Below, piece by piece: positions 14,806 to 27,300 of a stretch of DNA of 64,000 nt. Numbering within the stretch: the first letter of the stretch is position 1; every line of letters begins with the position of its first letter. The position numbers and the translations under genes were made by a program. This DNA is from Ancylonema sp. (taxonomy: Eukaryota), in NCBI GenBank assembly GCA_050230475.1, contig JBFLGF010000116.1, forward strand, positions 1 to 64,000, read 5' to 3'. The notes beneath the pieces were generated by a model, which was given only the letters and a program-made list of their open reading frames with translations, made no database searches and had not been told where the DNA came from.

Positions 14806-17110
14806 ATGTTCTTAACACCGCTCCTTTCAAACCGACCTGATTCTCCGTTAACCACAGATTCAGCTTCAGCGCCAGACTTTCCTGCCCCCGATAGCCCCTA
14901 CCCTCTCCGTAAGCCTGCCACCTTCGCCTTCGGGCCCTGGGAGAGGAGCCACACCAAGAAAGAGGAGGAGGAGGAGGAGGGGAATCACGTGAACCCAGGG
15001 GCGGAATTGTCCCCTCCACACTCTTCTTATGTCTCTCGAAGCGACCCTACCATTCTGCCCCCGACGACATTCATACCTCCCCGAGCGATCAAGCCCGCTA
15101 TCCTTTACCGCTCAGTTCTGCCGTCGGATTACGGCACTCTCAAAGCCATCCACGAAGCTTTGTTCCCCATCAAGTACGACCCCTCCATCTCCTTTCCCCT
15201 CCGTACCTCCGTACCTCCGTACCTCCGTACCTCCGTACCTCCGTACCTCCGTACCTCCGTACCTCCGTACCTCCGTACCTCCGTACCTCCGTACCTCCGT
15301 AACGTACTCACTCCTCCCTGCCCTCTGCCTCTCCTCTCCAGGTATGAAGACGACTTTTTTGGTGCGGTGGTGTCGGGGTCTGGCATCACTTCGTGGGCGG
15401 CCGTCGACACGGCGGCAGAAGAGGGAGGTAGAGTGGTGGGGTTTGTCACCTCGAGAGCGGTGCGGGTGGCGGATCTGGAGGTGAGGGGGGGGGGAGGTAC
15501 ACCAACTGCTTATCAAGGATAACAAGCACTCAAATACGAAGTCACACTTTCGTGTGCATGTATGGTTGTATCCATATACATGTATGGTAATGTGTATATG
15601 TATACATAGTTATATACATGCTTTGTGTACACAATGAATGTTTTGATGGGCTGTTGACCAGAGATTTCCACCCCACCTTTGTGTGTTCCTCTCCGTATTT
15701 ATCTTTGACTACGACAGGCGAATGATATTTTGCGTCACGACGCAACCCCGAACTGCTTCCTCATGTACATCATGACGCTGGGGGTGACCAAGGCGTATCG
15801 TCACATGGGCATAGGTACACAACCCGAACCTCAAATGGCGGTTGGCTATATTCTCTTTTTCTGACTGCAGACACGACCCTGTGACTATTTCATCCCCTCC
15901 AGCGTCTACGCTGATCGATAAAGTGAGGGAGTAGGCCCTCGCCTCCCCCCTTTGTCGCGGTGTGTACCTCCACGTCATCTCCTACAACGCCACCGCCATC
16001 CTGTTGTACGCCAAAAAGGCATTCCGATGCCTGCGCCGCCTACCTCGCTTCTATGCCATTGGTGCCACGGATTACGACGCCTTCCTTTTCGTTCACTATT
16101 GCAACGGAGGCAGGCCACAGTGCTCCACACTATTGTCCGTACACCAACACCAACCCCGTCCTAATGACAAACCGTCACAATCCAATCACGTGTGTTCTGA
16201 TGATCAAAAAATAGGTCAAAAAGCCATTCTTGATTCGTCAAAAATCCGATGTGAATACAATAAAACCTGTCTTAATTGATAATGTTGGGACGGAAAATAT
16301 TGTTAATTAAGATAGGTTATTACCTTAGACAGGATCGGTCCCAAATGACGTGCAACCAGTTTCTATGGGGATACGAGGGGCAACGTATTGATATCCATGT
16401 CGGAATCAACCCAAACGTGTATATTCACATAGTCATAATGATATAAACGTAGTTCTTAACATGAGCCAACCATCCATATTTGTGCCCCGCATAACTCTAC
16501 AAATAATCATGAACCATTTTTTTTTCCAAAGTTTTTTTTTTTTTTTTTTTCCCCCCCTCCCCCACGTTTTTGAACCCTCATCTGTACAAATATTGTGTAC
16601 AAATATGTACAATTTCCGTACATTATTAATTAGCATGTTAATTAGCATATTGGCAGGACAGGGAAAAAATATTAGTGATTACGTTTGAGAGGTTTCTTAA
16701 AATTGCACTCGCCCAAGGTCGGGACCGGGAAAAAATAGCAATTAAAACAGGCTATTAATTAAGGCAGTATTAATAAAGACAGGTTTTGTTGGAGCGGATA
16801 TGAGCCACACGAGCTCAGTGCATGTTTGGTGGTCTCGCTTCTTTTTTGTTTTTTTTTCAGAGAATCTGCGTACGCCGCCAGCTTGTTTGTTTGGCACGGC
16901 ATTGCGGTGAGATGGAAGGCGATGGTAGGAGAGGCGGAGGGAGATGGTAGGGCAACCCACGTGGCGTCACGGGGATGGGGAGGGGGGTGGTGGCAAAGCG
17001 GGAGGTGGAGTCGGGCCATGCGTTTTTTTGTCTCCTTTCGTCCTTCCTTGTCTCAACGGAGTGAGATTCAGAGTGGGGATGCGTATGCCCACTCTCTTGA
17101 CATCGCGTGA
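14806..17110 (+). CDS. NAA60: NAA60/MCC1-like GNAT acetyltransferase; exons ~14806-15173, 15342-15480, 15718-15814, 15903-16134, 16861-17110; in-frame TAG at 15932-15934
   Basis: LKAIHEALFPIKYEDDFF, YIMTLGVTKAYRHMGIAS, CRGVYLHVISYN.TAI.LY, YDAFLFVHYCNGGR match plant MCC1/NAA60; splice phases are consistent; start codon uncertain. Confidence 0.88.
15198..15301. repeat. Intronic microsatellite (CCTCCGTA)13
   Basis: Direct reading of the sequence. Confidence 0.95.
16258..16791. mobile_element. Degenerate Tc1/mariner-pogo-like MITE in a NAA60 intron
   Basis: Imperfect TIR CAATAAAACCTGTCTTAATT / AATAAAGACAGGTTTTGTTG; TA on the left flank only. Confidence 0.5.
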
Positions 17111-17774
17111 TAGTTTTGACAATCGACTTTATTTGTCAACAACATTAAAATAGCGTTTGACAACACGTTAATACACTTTCTCCCCTCGTGCTGAGGCTGG
17201 TGTACGTTTGGGTCATGAGTTTGGAAGTTTCACCAGTGCAATGGCCTAGGAAACCAATCTCATTATTTTGTTGTTGCTTCATGTCGATGTCATTGGTTTG
17301 TGTTGCGCACATTGTAGCTGTCTGTAATTATTTTGGCCGTAAGTTTTTAGATAGGGAAATTTTTATGTATGTTATATTATCAAGGAGAACGGAACGGATA
17401 AAGTGGACAATTTTTGCAAGTTAAATTGCAGGTTGTCCATTTGCATGTTAGATTGCAACCATCGCAATGATTTTTTTTGATCTTGTGGTTCCCTACAAGT
17501 CGTAGGCTACAAATTGTAGATTTCCTAATTTCGAAATTGTTTCAGAATGGTCATGCCATCCTTTGGATCACAACCTGAGCAAGCAACGTTGCGGCAAACC
17601 TCTGTCTCATCTTGCACTTGTGTCAAATGAGATGTGAATGCGGGATTGCAAATAATTTTTACCATATATAACGTTATAATTTTTCATGTCGGACCTTCAA
17701 TATATGGGAATGATTGTAAACGTAAATAAAGATGAAAATCGGACAATACAATATGCATGTGATCCCTCTTAGTG

Positions 17775-18178
17775 CTTTCTTCTGCCACGAATGCAAGAAT
17801 AAAGCACAACTCTCTTAATACACTCTTGAATCGACAGATCACGTCATTACAAGCGTAGACAAACCAAAAGTGCAAGCTTGAAGTAGGACGGCTGATTACA
17901 GAATCTTGCGTGCAAGTCCACACCTAGTACACAGTGATCGATCGAACATCTGAGTCAAACTATCGACACTACTCTAGTCAACACCAATCACAACTGAGCA
18001 TTGTGCCACATCAGCTAATCTTATCGACACGGGTGCTGCCTGGCCACAACTTGTCGACACAATCATTACTTGCGTGTTCGGCAGGCATTTGCTGAATTAC
18101 AACAAAACTTAAAGCTAGAACGAAGAGATATCATAAATCGATATAACAACAAAAGTTCACAGCCCCTAAAAACTAACA
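17775..18178 (-). repeat. LTR fragment of the Copia family at 33552-36066
   Basis: Colinear similarity with 33552-33969 (CAGATCACGTCATTACAA, CAAAAGTGCAAG.TTGAAGTAG, ACCTAGTACA); both start TGTTAGTTTTT.GGGGCTGTG on the minus strand. Confidence 0.8.
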
Positions 18179-18446
18179 ATCTCACGACATAGCTACGTGA
18201 ACAAGCTACGTAGCTACGTTTACTCCTAACGAGCAAGCTACGTAGCTACGTGAACATAGCTACGTTTACTCCCCTCCGTCGTAGTAAAACTCTCGCTCGT
18301 CCGCGTTGTAGTGTAGCGCGAAGAACTCCACTGGCAAGCGCAAAGCAACTTGCTCGTTCCTGTCCTCTTCTTCCCCCCCCCAATCCCGGTCACCCCCCCC
18401 TCTGAGCCTGCCCCGCAGACGTGAGGCCAAGGGTGGGGTCCGAGCC

Positions 18447-19450
18447 CTATCGGGGGTGAAGGAAGGAGAGGATGCCACCAAACAAGCGCAGCACGTGGCG
18501 GTCGATAGCCTGGCCAATCATCTGGTGGCGGGAGGCGAGGGAGACAGTGGGGCCACCGTCGGTGTCGTCTGTCTCGAAGCCCGTAAGGCGCTCCTTCTCG
18601 GCAATAGTTGGCCCTTCCTAGACGTGGTTGTAGAGGTGGCTAGGGCCCGGGCGGTTGCCAGAAGGTCGAAGCGCATGGCTGTTAGGGAACGAGACAAGGG
18701 TGGGCAGAGCGCGACGCTCTTGCCCTAGCACGTTGACGATCCTATGTGGCGGACTGTCGGTAAAGTGCAGAGCTGTGGTGTGGAACTCCTCCAGCACGGT
18801 GGTGAGGCTGGTCAAGGGGTGGTTAGGGGGAAAGAGACGACGCAGGTTTGCTGGAGACATCATGTTAGTCCAGAACCGTCGGTAACGGTGTGACAGTCCT
18901 CCTACCACGCAAGCATGAAAGGGAATACTCGGCTCACCCAAAATAACTTTGATCAATGCATCAGCATCACGCACAGCCCTTGGGGCATCATCACGAATGC
19001 ACACATTCTCAAGCAAATACAACACGGGTCTACCATCTTGACAGTCTTGAAACCACTTGAGCAAACGCACGACTTCAAGAAAGACCTAGAACCTAGCATC
19101 CTGAATGCCACGGTTGGGTCCAGCAGCACTGAACGGCTAGCATGGGAAGCCGGCCCCGAACATGTCAACGGGGCCATGATGTGCCACAAAGTTGGCCAAT
19201 TGGGTGTTAGAAATGAGACGCACTTCCTGTGGAAAACGTGTATCAAAACCAAGCAGGGTCGAAGTAGGCAAGAGATGGGGTTAGCGAAGACGAAGCTTTT
19301 GGACAAACACTTGAACAACAACAAGCACATTTGGATCTACCGTATATCAATGAAAGTATACTTGTACACCAGCAGACCTGCTTCTATTGCTTCCACCAGT
19401 TTGGGGCACCCTACCCCCCTACACACCTCTATGATATGGACACCACGAGA
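18447..19450 (-). pseudogene. C5-cytosine DNA methyltransferase domain (retroelement-borne, inactivated)
   Basis: Motif I IIEVCRGVG; IV DMFGAGFPC*PFS (Cys 19140-19142, TAG 19137-19139); VI YLLENV; VIII HRYRRFWTN; IX EKERLTGF; X MIGQAID; one frameshift near 19340 and several stops. Confidence 0.9.
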
Positions 19451-20060
19451 CTGTTGCTGAGGTGTGAGGTGTTGGACGGTGATAGTGATGGGTTGCACCC
19501 GATGAGCTTCAGGTCCAGTCCATGGAGGTAAAGGGGGAAGTGGCTCCCCTGTTGGGATGGGTGGCTGCTCAGCATCCAGGCGTTTGATGAGCTACCGGTT
19601 TACCTTTGTCTGCCGAAAGGCCCATGTGACGTTAAGTCGGGCAAGGTCCTGCGCTTCCGGACTGAGGTGGCTGGGGCTCTGGAATGAGAACCCGGGCACG
19701 TCGGGCAATTTCTTCAGCGACAGTCTGGTTGGCGACGTCGAGATCGAGCTGTTCGAGAAATGGTAGAGGTGCACGGAAGACTTGGTTGCGACGAGCAAAT
19801 AACAACGGCAAAGGTCCTACACGGTTGCCCATGTTATGACGGGACAACCGGTTCACATTTGCACAACCTGCATCTTGACCAGATCACGATGCTGCACAAG
19901 ATCCTCAAGAGGCTGACGAGCAAGAGGCATAGCACGAGTGGCAAGCACCCAGGTGGTAAGATGCTCTGTGGACTCGGCAACAACGATATCACCACGAGCA
20001 TCCTCTAGCAGATTTGCGTGAGCTTGCCACTGATCGGCTAAGTTGCGCATGACATCGACC

Positions 20061-20756
20061 TCACCTCTGACCGAAGTGACTCCCTGCGTCACCTGCATAG
20101 TTATGTAGCAAACCTGCATCCACACGTTCTCTTAGCTGGTCTGGAGTGACATAGAGGTCAAGAGGAATCCGAGCCTTGAGCTTGGCTCGCGTGTTCCAAT
20201 CAGGGACAATCTCCCAGTAGGAGTCAATGAAGTTGATGCAAGCGGTCACCCTATTGACAAAATGGGCTCCTAATAGTACATCATAGCTAGTAGCGTTGTC
20301 CACCAGCACATGCAAGAAAGCTTTGACTTCATGAATAGTTCCTAGTAAGATGATGGCTACCTTCTTTTTTAAGACACCACGGCACTTAGCTGATGCACCT
20401 AAAGCTACCGTGTACGTGATGCCTTCATTCATATCCGCATTTGTCAACCCCGTTTGGTCTGCGACCCGTTTACCTAGCATGACGAAGTTTGCACCTGTGT
20501 CCAGCACTACGCCATCCTTGGGGACCACTCCGTTGATGGTGACCACATCAGCCTCATTTGGAATGGTAAGATGCTTCCACATAACAAGGCCTCTCAGGTT
20601 CGGAGGTACAAGAGCAACATATCCATCGTCTAGTTGCAAGTGTTGCAGAGCATGGACGAGGTCGGGAAGTGTACTTGACTTACTCTTGCTGGTTGTGTGC
20701 TGTCCTAACTGACTAGAGAGAAGAGTGCGGATTTCCTCCACAAAAGCGAAGTCCAC
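20061..20756 (-). pseudogene. Retroviral-like aspartic protease region
   Basis: VVLDTGANFVML catalytic motif and YDVLLG closing motif. Confidence 0.85.
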
Positions 20757-22132
20757 CTCAACAGAATCCCAGATGAATGAAGAAACCTTGTTGAGGGGAT
20801 CGCAGGCTCAGGAGAGAAAACCTGCGGCACCCATGTCGACAGGTGGAGGAAGAGGACCGAAGTCAAGGGAACAAGTAAGATTAGGCATCCCCTCATATCC
20901 TTCATATTTTACAGATGGAAGCGTTCTTTTGACTGGGGCTCTAGGTGGAGACGGGAAAGGTGTGATTTCTCCAAAGTCAGGGAGCACAGCAAGCGCCGAA
21001 TCCCCAACACGTTTTCTCCCTTGGCCCAGACAGCTAGACACCGCTGCCCTTCCTCCTTGGTTTAGGTCTAAGGGGGTTCCTATATGCTGGCAAGATTGCT
21101 GCCCACTTGTAACAGACTATGCCTGGGACAAAATTGGACTCACGGACTCCTGAGGACAGACGCGACGAACCTATTCCTAGACTTGAGAGCAGATGTGGTG
21201 AGTGTGAAGACTTCACATTCTGTCCTTCTATTGCCGTACCGAGGGAGACTAACTGGCAAGGCATTTGAAACCTAACCTTGGCTGCTGATCTGACTGGAAA
21301 CTTGCTAGGAAAACTAGTGGCAGACTCTCTAGCTAGCATGCAAGGTTGGGGCCTATCCAAATCCCTATACATCATGCTACTAGAAGTCAGAGTGGTGCCA
21401 GCCAACTCTTCCTTCCCTACCTCTGGCAAAATGGAATGCATCTGGTCACAAGGGGACGGAGTCAGAAAGACCGGGAAGAGAGTACCATCCGATGTTGAGA
21501 GGGAGGGACTACTATGTGATGGCTGCTCATTTACTTTTCTCCCTAAGTTTAGCAGGTTGGGCACCGCTTGCTCAAATTTCCTTCCCGTGGGATTTTGGCT
21601 GAGAGAAGAGTTGCACCCCCAGTGTGAGCGGTGGAACTGCTTCGTGTCATACGAGCCTGGGCACTGGAGCACAAGTTGTTAGACACTCCCTGCTCAGGTT
21701 CTACAGGAGTTGGGCATACAGTTGCCCCGGCCTTATCTAACACTCTCGGCTAACCTGCCAGATGTTGTACAATGATGACTGAATTACCTTAGCTGCTGCG
21801 TGTGCACTCTTCACATGATCTGCAATCTCACTCAATGCAAATATGCCTGGTTCTTTTGGCAAAACATTTGACGGAGGTTCATCTTCTAGCGTAGTACCTG
21901 GCTCTAGATCACCAAAATCCCTGTGACGAAAGCTGAGGAGAAACTTGGTTGTATCACCTGATCTGCCGTAGTCTGGCCCCTGACCCCGTCCGCTGGAGGT
22001 GGTCACAGCTGCCGGTAGATGTTGGTACCGGCTGAGCGTCGACAGCGTCAGATTTTGGCTCTGGCGTCCGGGTCCGAGACGCGTCCTGGACGGTCCGGGA
22101 CGCAACTATGGTCAAAACACTTGGTATAATTA

Positions 22133-22870
22133 CAGTAAACCCTTGATATAGTGACACTTGATATAGTAACAATCACGATATAGTGACATTTTTTCTGCCC
22201 TTTTTCTAATCCTATATAAAAACCCACTCGATATAGTGACAATCGCTATAGTGACACTAGGGTGGGCACCCAGCCGCCAACCGCCAATCGCCAACTGCCC
22301 AACTGCCAGTGGGCCAACCGCCATTTCAACGGACCTCTGTCCTACCGGGATACCGCCACCCAACCGCGACCGCCAACCGTTGGCCGACCGCCAACCGTTG
22401 GGATTCTGGCGGTTGGGTCCCACCCTAAGTGACACACTGTACAATGACTCAATTTTCCCAGATTTTACTATTGAGATGTCACTACAGAGTGAAACTTGCC
22501 TAAATTAACGTTGTGAAAATTAATAACCGCCCAAATCTAATAGAAAATGATTAATGATAAATTAATAACCTGTCTGAATTAATATTTTATACATGTCCTG
22601 GCATTATTACTTCAATGAGGTTTTAATGTAGCGAGTGGATATTAGAACAAACGCCATATAGATGACTTCCCTTCTTCAATTAAAACCTCTGCGCACCCGA
22701 TCTGGTTGCTCAAAATGACCTAAAATTCACTTTCCTTCGATATAGTGACATTAGCTCAATGTCGCCCTATCAAATGTCACTATGTAGTGTATAGTGACAC
22801 CCCTGGCATTCGATATAGTGACATTATTTTCCAGTGTCTATAAAATTGTCACTATATCAAGGGTTTACTG
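22133..22870. mobile_element. Tc1/mariner (pogo-like) MITE
   Basis: Perfect 24-bp TIR CAGTAAACCCTTGATATAGTGACA; TA TSD on both sides; internal GATATAGTGAC repeats. Confidence 0.93.
22258..22427. mobile_element. 170-bp hAT MITE nested in the pogo-like MITE
   Basis: TIR TAGGGTGGG(C)ACCCA.CCGCC; perfect 8-bp TSD AGTGACAC; internal CCAACCG repeats. Confidence 0.9.
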
Positions 22871-23921
22871 TATTGATGGTCAACTGGGATAATTATTAAT
22901 TATACCATTTGCGACGAAAGAACAATGTGTGAGTTTACGATTAGTTGCCTCTTTTGGACAATTGGACCATTTTCATAATCTATGATTGGTGTCGCATTCC
23001 TCATTTGCTTCTTGTGACATATGAGAATTTCTTGGCGTCTGGTCGACGCAGTACACATTGTGTTCGTAAGCGATATATGGCCATCAACATCCCCTTCACG
23101 AGCTTTCACCAACGCAAAGTTGTCTAATGGTGACCCAACTATGATCGCTGAAATCGCTAAGCCTCCCTAGTTCGCCCTCCGATTATGCCACGTGTGCACA
23201 TCGTGATGGCCTCGGGAAAGGATGGATTAAATGACCAAATCGGCACGAATGAAATCCGCCATTTCCCTTTGTTTTTTGCCCATTATCTTTTTTTTGAATA
23301 TATCAATGAATGTTTTTTGTGAATTTTTTTTTGTGGGTGTTTTTCATCAGATACTCTGGTTACCCGGAACAAAACACGCTCAACATATGAAAGGTGGAGA
23401 TGCGTTATATGCGTCTTGTGTGGATGACGGGGGGCGTGAAATGAAATCGTGTGGTGTTCCAAGGAAAATCACGATAGCAAAGCTCGATCAAACCACACAA
23501 CCACGTTTAATTCACAACAAAACCACGGTTTTCTTACAACATAATCACGGTCAATTTACCTTTCTCGGTCAAACCCGTCTTTAAAAACGCTGCCGGGACG
23601 GAATGCTTTTGCGAGAAGCCAATAACAAACGGAAGTTCGATTTCTATTTTATTTTATTATATTTATGAACGTCCGACGGGTATTTTTCACATTAGGTCCA
23701 ACCACTATCCAGTTCGGCACGTTCTACCGTAGAGGAATTCACTCCCAAAACTTTGTGTGTTCACTAACTTTCTACGGTCGCCGGTACAAGGTGTGTAAGT
23801 GATAATGTGATACCGTGACGTCATGTAATTCTGACATCGTAAGCTAAGTGAGTGTGCAGTAAATCTGAGCGGCTTCAGAAGTAACTTACGTGTAGTTCAC
23901 AACCCTAGGGAGTGGTCAAAC

Positions 23922-24091
23922 CATAGTTGGGTCCCGGACCGTCCGGGAATCTCCGGACCCGGACCCGGATGCCACTGCCAAAATCTGACATCCATATCTT
24001 TGGAACCTCCAGATTTGAGTAAGTTCCGATTTTTTGTTTCTCTTCTGCATCTTTGTTGGGTCCCGATTCTCGCTTCCCGGACCCAACGATG
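23922..24091. mobile_element. 170-bp hAT MITE (CATAGTTG TIR); a related one-end fragment lies at ~22047-22110
   Basis: TIR CATAGTTGGGTCC / GGACCCAACGATG; perfect 8-bp TSD GGTCAAAC. Confidence 0.88.
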
Positions 24092-24380
24092 GGTCAAACC
24101 CATCATCATTCACACCCAATCCCGTCCACTCTACTCTCACTCGTGGGCATCATATTAGCAAGACACAAGTCGAGGGGCAGTGAGATTGAAAAGTGGTCCG
24201 CAATCACACATGCTAACACTACCGCACGTACGGATGGACAACTCCCGTTTCGTACAAGTCCGTTCAAACATCCCTCGACTTTTTCTAACTTCACTATTTG
24301 ATCTATCTGAAAAAAAGGGGGAATGTGCGTGCACTTCATTCGGTTACATATAACGAAAACTCCTATCATGATGATTGTAA

Positions 24381-27300
24381 TCATGACAACGTCCAATATC
24401 TTTTCACACAAACCAGCAGCACCTTGTCGTCCCCCTCCACTTCATCGTCCACCATTCGCACATCCCATCGCATTGCGGACAGTAGGGGGGAGATCGCCTC
24501 CAGTGTCGCTTTATCATCACGAATAATGGCCGCTCCCTCTGGCCGCGTGATTCGGTCCATTTCGAGCAATACGGTCTCCGGGGAGCACCTAGGGAACGGA
24601 GGGGGGAGGGGGGGAGCGGAAGGGACCAAAACGAAAGTTTGGGCGACCACCATCGACCACCTTCAAGAGGGACCCTCGGACCATCTTGCGTCCTTGATTG
24701 TGGGACTCGATTCCCGTTTGCTTTGTTCCCCTCCCGGCTTACTTGCACTCATTTTACGGGTGTGGCAAGAGGCGTGAGGCAAGGGAGATAAAGTCGGACG
24801 GATTCCCATCATGTCTTTCCCTCTTTGCTCTTTTATGACCTTTTCTCTCACCCTGCCCGCCTCCATACTCTTTAAGTATGGAAGTATGGAGGCAGAAAGG
24901 GGACGCGAGTCGGACCCGCACAGGAGGGCGCCACACCATCGGTGGGAGTGGAACATTGGAAACGAGGAGGCACGAGTTTGCCAAAATCGGTGGTGCGCAT
25001 CTCGTGGGTGTGCATTGGACAGAGCAACAAAGAACGAGGAACGATGAAGAATGCAGAGTGATCATATTGGTTCGCCCCCCCCCTCTCCCCTCACCTCTTG
25101 TTCAGTTGCGAGAACACGGTGTCGCAGTGAAGGAAGTCGTAGGTACGAGGGTACGTAGAAAAGGATTCACACCTGAAAAAGAAAACAGAAGAAAAGGAAA
25201 TGAAGGGGGGTGAAACATAGCGTATTACCTCATATCCACAACCTGCCATCCCCCACCCCCATCCTGCCCTCCTGCCCTCCTGTGCTACCCCCGATGACGA
25301 TCCACCCCCCCAACCGAAACCGTGGAACCGTACAGAGGTGGACCCTGAAAATGGGTAGGAAGGTGGAGAGTGTGGGGCACACAGTGGGAATCTCCCCCCC
25401 CATTCTGACATTCTGCCATTCTACCTTCTGCCATTCTGCCATTCTGCCATTCTGCCTTCTGCCCACCGGACCGACATACACCACCCGCTATCCTCGTGGA
25501 TGGGTCTGTCCCCCTTCCCCCAACTCCCTCCCTCCCTCCCTCCCGCCCCATTCTTCCCTTCTTCCCACCAACCACTCCCTGCCCCCTCACCAGTCGTGAT
25601 AGATTCCGATGAGCCCCCTCTCGAAAATGAGCCCCAACGTGTCCACTGCGTTGTAGGGCGGCATGACGTTCATCACCCAAACAGGGTCCTCCAAAAGGGT
25701 AACCGCAAACGCACCCTGTCCCGCGTTCATGTCCATGATGTTGCGATACTCCCCCTTGCCGAACTTGGGCAGAAGGTGCGCCTTGTAGAACTTCACACAC
25801 CCCGCCCACCTCTTGTCCTCCGCCAGGAAGTGGTCCACGGTTAACCCCTTCTGGTGACCGGATCGTACCCGTGGGGGCACCACATGCGCGCGTTTCGGCC
25901 AGGGTGCGATTTCCCCCCCCGAGGTATCGCCATCTCCCCCCACTGGCTCAGGCATGCGGGTCTGGCAGTCCTTCAGGGGGGTGTACCTGGGACAGGGACA
26001 GGGACAGGGGAAATGGGAAAGGGGAAGGGGAAAGGGAGGACCTGGTGTCACCTCATAGCCGTAGCGGTCTGTCGGATGCCCTTCCCTTGTCAGAACTGAA
26101 GCCCCTTCACCCCCCCCCCCTCCTCACCACGCCAGATCCGCGTCCTCCTTTCCGTCGCAGAACTGTGGGTGCTCCCCCTCCTTTCTTTCTGCCACCTCAT
26201 CGTGGTTCCACGGTTTCTGCCACACAGCAGACTTGCGCCACTCGTCCACCTTCTTCCAACCCAACGCCTTCGCCATCCCCGTGATCCCGTCATACTCCTC
26301 CTTATACTCCTCCTTGCTCTTATCCCACCCCTTCCACATGGACTCGTAGCGGATGGGCGGACCGCTGAGCACCCAATACCCGCCCGGCCTCAATACCCGG
26401 TCCAGCTCGATGAGGAACCGCCCCCCGTCCGCGTGCCAGGGGATGAGGCAGCGCGAGCACTGCGCCAGGTCGAAGGATCGAGCCGGGTACGGTTGGCGTA
26501 CGGATGCGAATATTCCGAGTACAGCTGGCAGCCCTCTCTCCAGCGCGAACTGCACCTGCGCCTCGTGCTCGTCGCGCGGCGCCATACTCATCGTCAGAAT
26601 GTCGCGGTTTATGAGGTAGCCGCCCCAGCTCGCCACCTGGCGGAGAGGGAAGGGGGACACGTGGCGGTTGTGAGGGCCAGCCAGATGGCAATGATGACGT
26701 GGCGGGATGGATGGTTGGGTGACGACGATGAGCAGAGCACAGGGTAGTCGAGGTGAACAATGGATGGTGATTAGGCTGGGAGGATGGAGGGTTGGGGGTT
26801 GGGATTCATTCTACTTTGGAGACAGAAATGTGTTTTCACACTTCAGAAAGTGTGTCTTCACGAAGTTTTTGTGGTGGTTGCTGTTCCCAACCTTACCCCG
26901 CATCCCGTGTCGAAAGCGGTACGGATGCCTCCCCCTTCTAAAGGAAAATGGTCTGCCATGAAATCAGAGCAAGTTCAAATGAGAGGACTCGTTGTTGTAT
27001 CAGCCTTCATGGGCTTCTGCCCCACGGAGTGCTTGCCATGAAAGCTGCAGACCTGCACAGGTTTGGCCCGAACCCCTTCCTGCTACCTCCGCTACTGGCC
27101 GCTTCTGAACGACAGTGGGAACTGTGGATAGACGGTAACTGAATCCGATAAGAGCACAAGCACGCAACTGAGCTTCATGATCTGAGTCACTGCCTGACAT
27201 GATGGTGACAGAGAGAATTGACTTTCAGGGCCCCTCAAAAGTGATAACAATGTTGAGAGCAGGAGTTGGTGGAGCAGCAGTGAAATGATTGCAACCCTCA

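Larger units (their letters stand above)
18266..22040 (-). mobile_element. Decayed Gypsy-type retroelement: gag remnant, protease, C5 DNA methyltransferase and linker; truncated before RT (copy 1)
   Basis: Protease VVLDTGANFVMLG...YDVLLG; DNMT motifs I, IV, VI, VIII, IX, X; linker LHY...REFY shared with RT-bearing copy 2. Confidence 0.85.

Noticed and set aside
15923..15934. GTGAGGGAGTAG as a 12-nt micro-intron removing the NAA60 stop
   Set aside because: Far below the size of the other introns here, it would delete four aligned residues, and no equivalent exists at the PGGT1B TAG. RNA-seq should still exclude it.
18385..18430. Ubiquitin-like RLRGG motif in ORF 18266-18517 as a deubiquitinase cleavage site
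   Set aside because: Alignment with copy 2 (HPR*..DPT...RGGG) shows the homologous frame is different here; RLRGG arises from a 1-nt indel in the G-run.
19137..19139. UAG=Gln (ulvophyte-type code) suggested by PC*PFS
   Set aside because: It occurs only in decayed TEs, where TAG also replaces Trp; CWG deamination explains it. TAA terminates PMP3, and the host-gene TAGs sit at Tyr columns.
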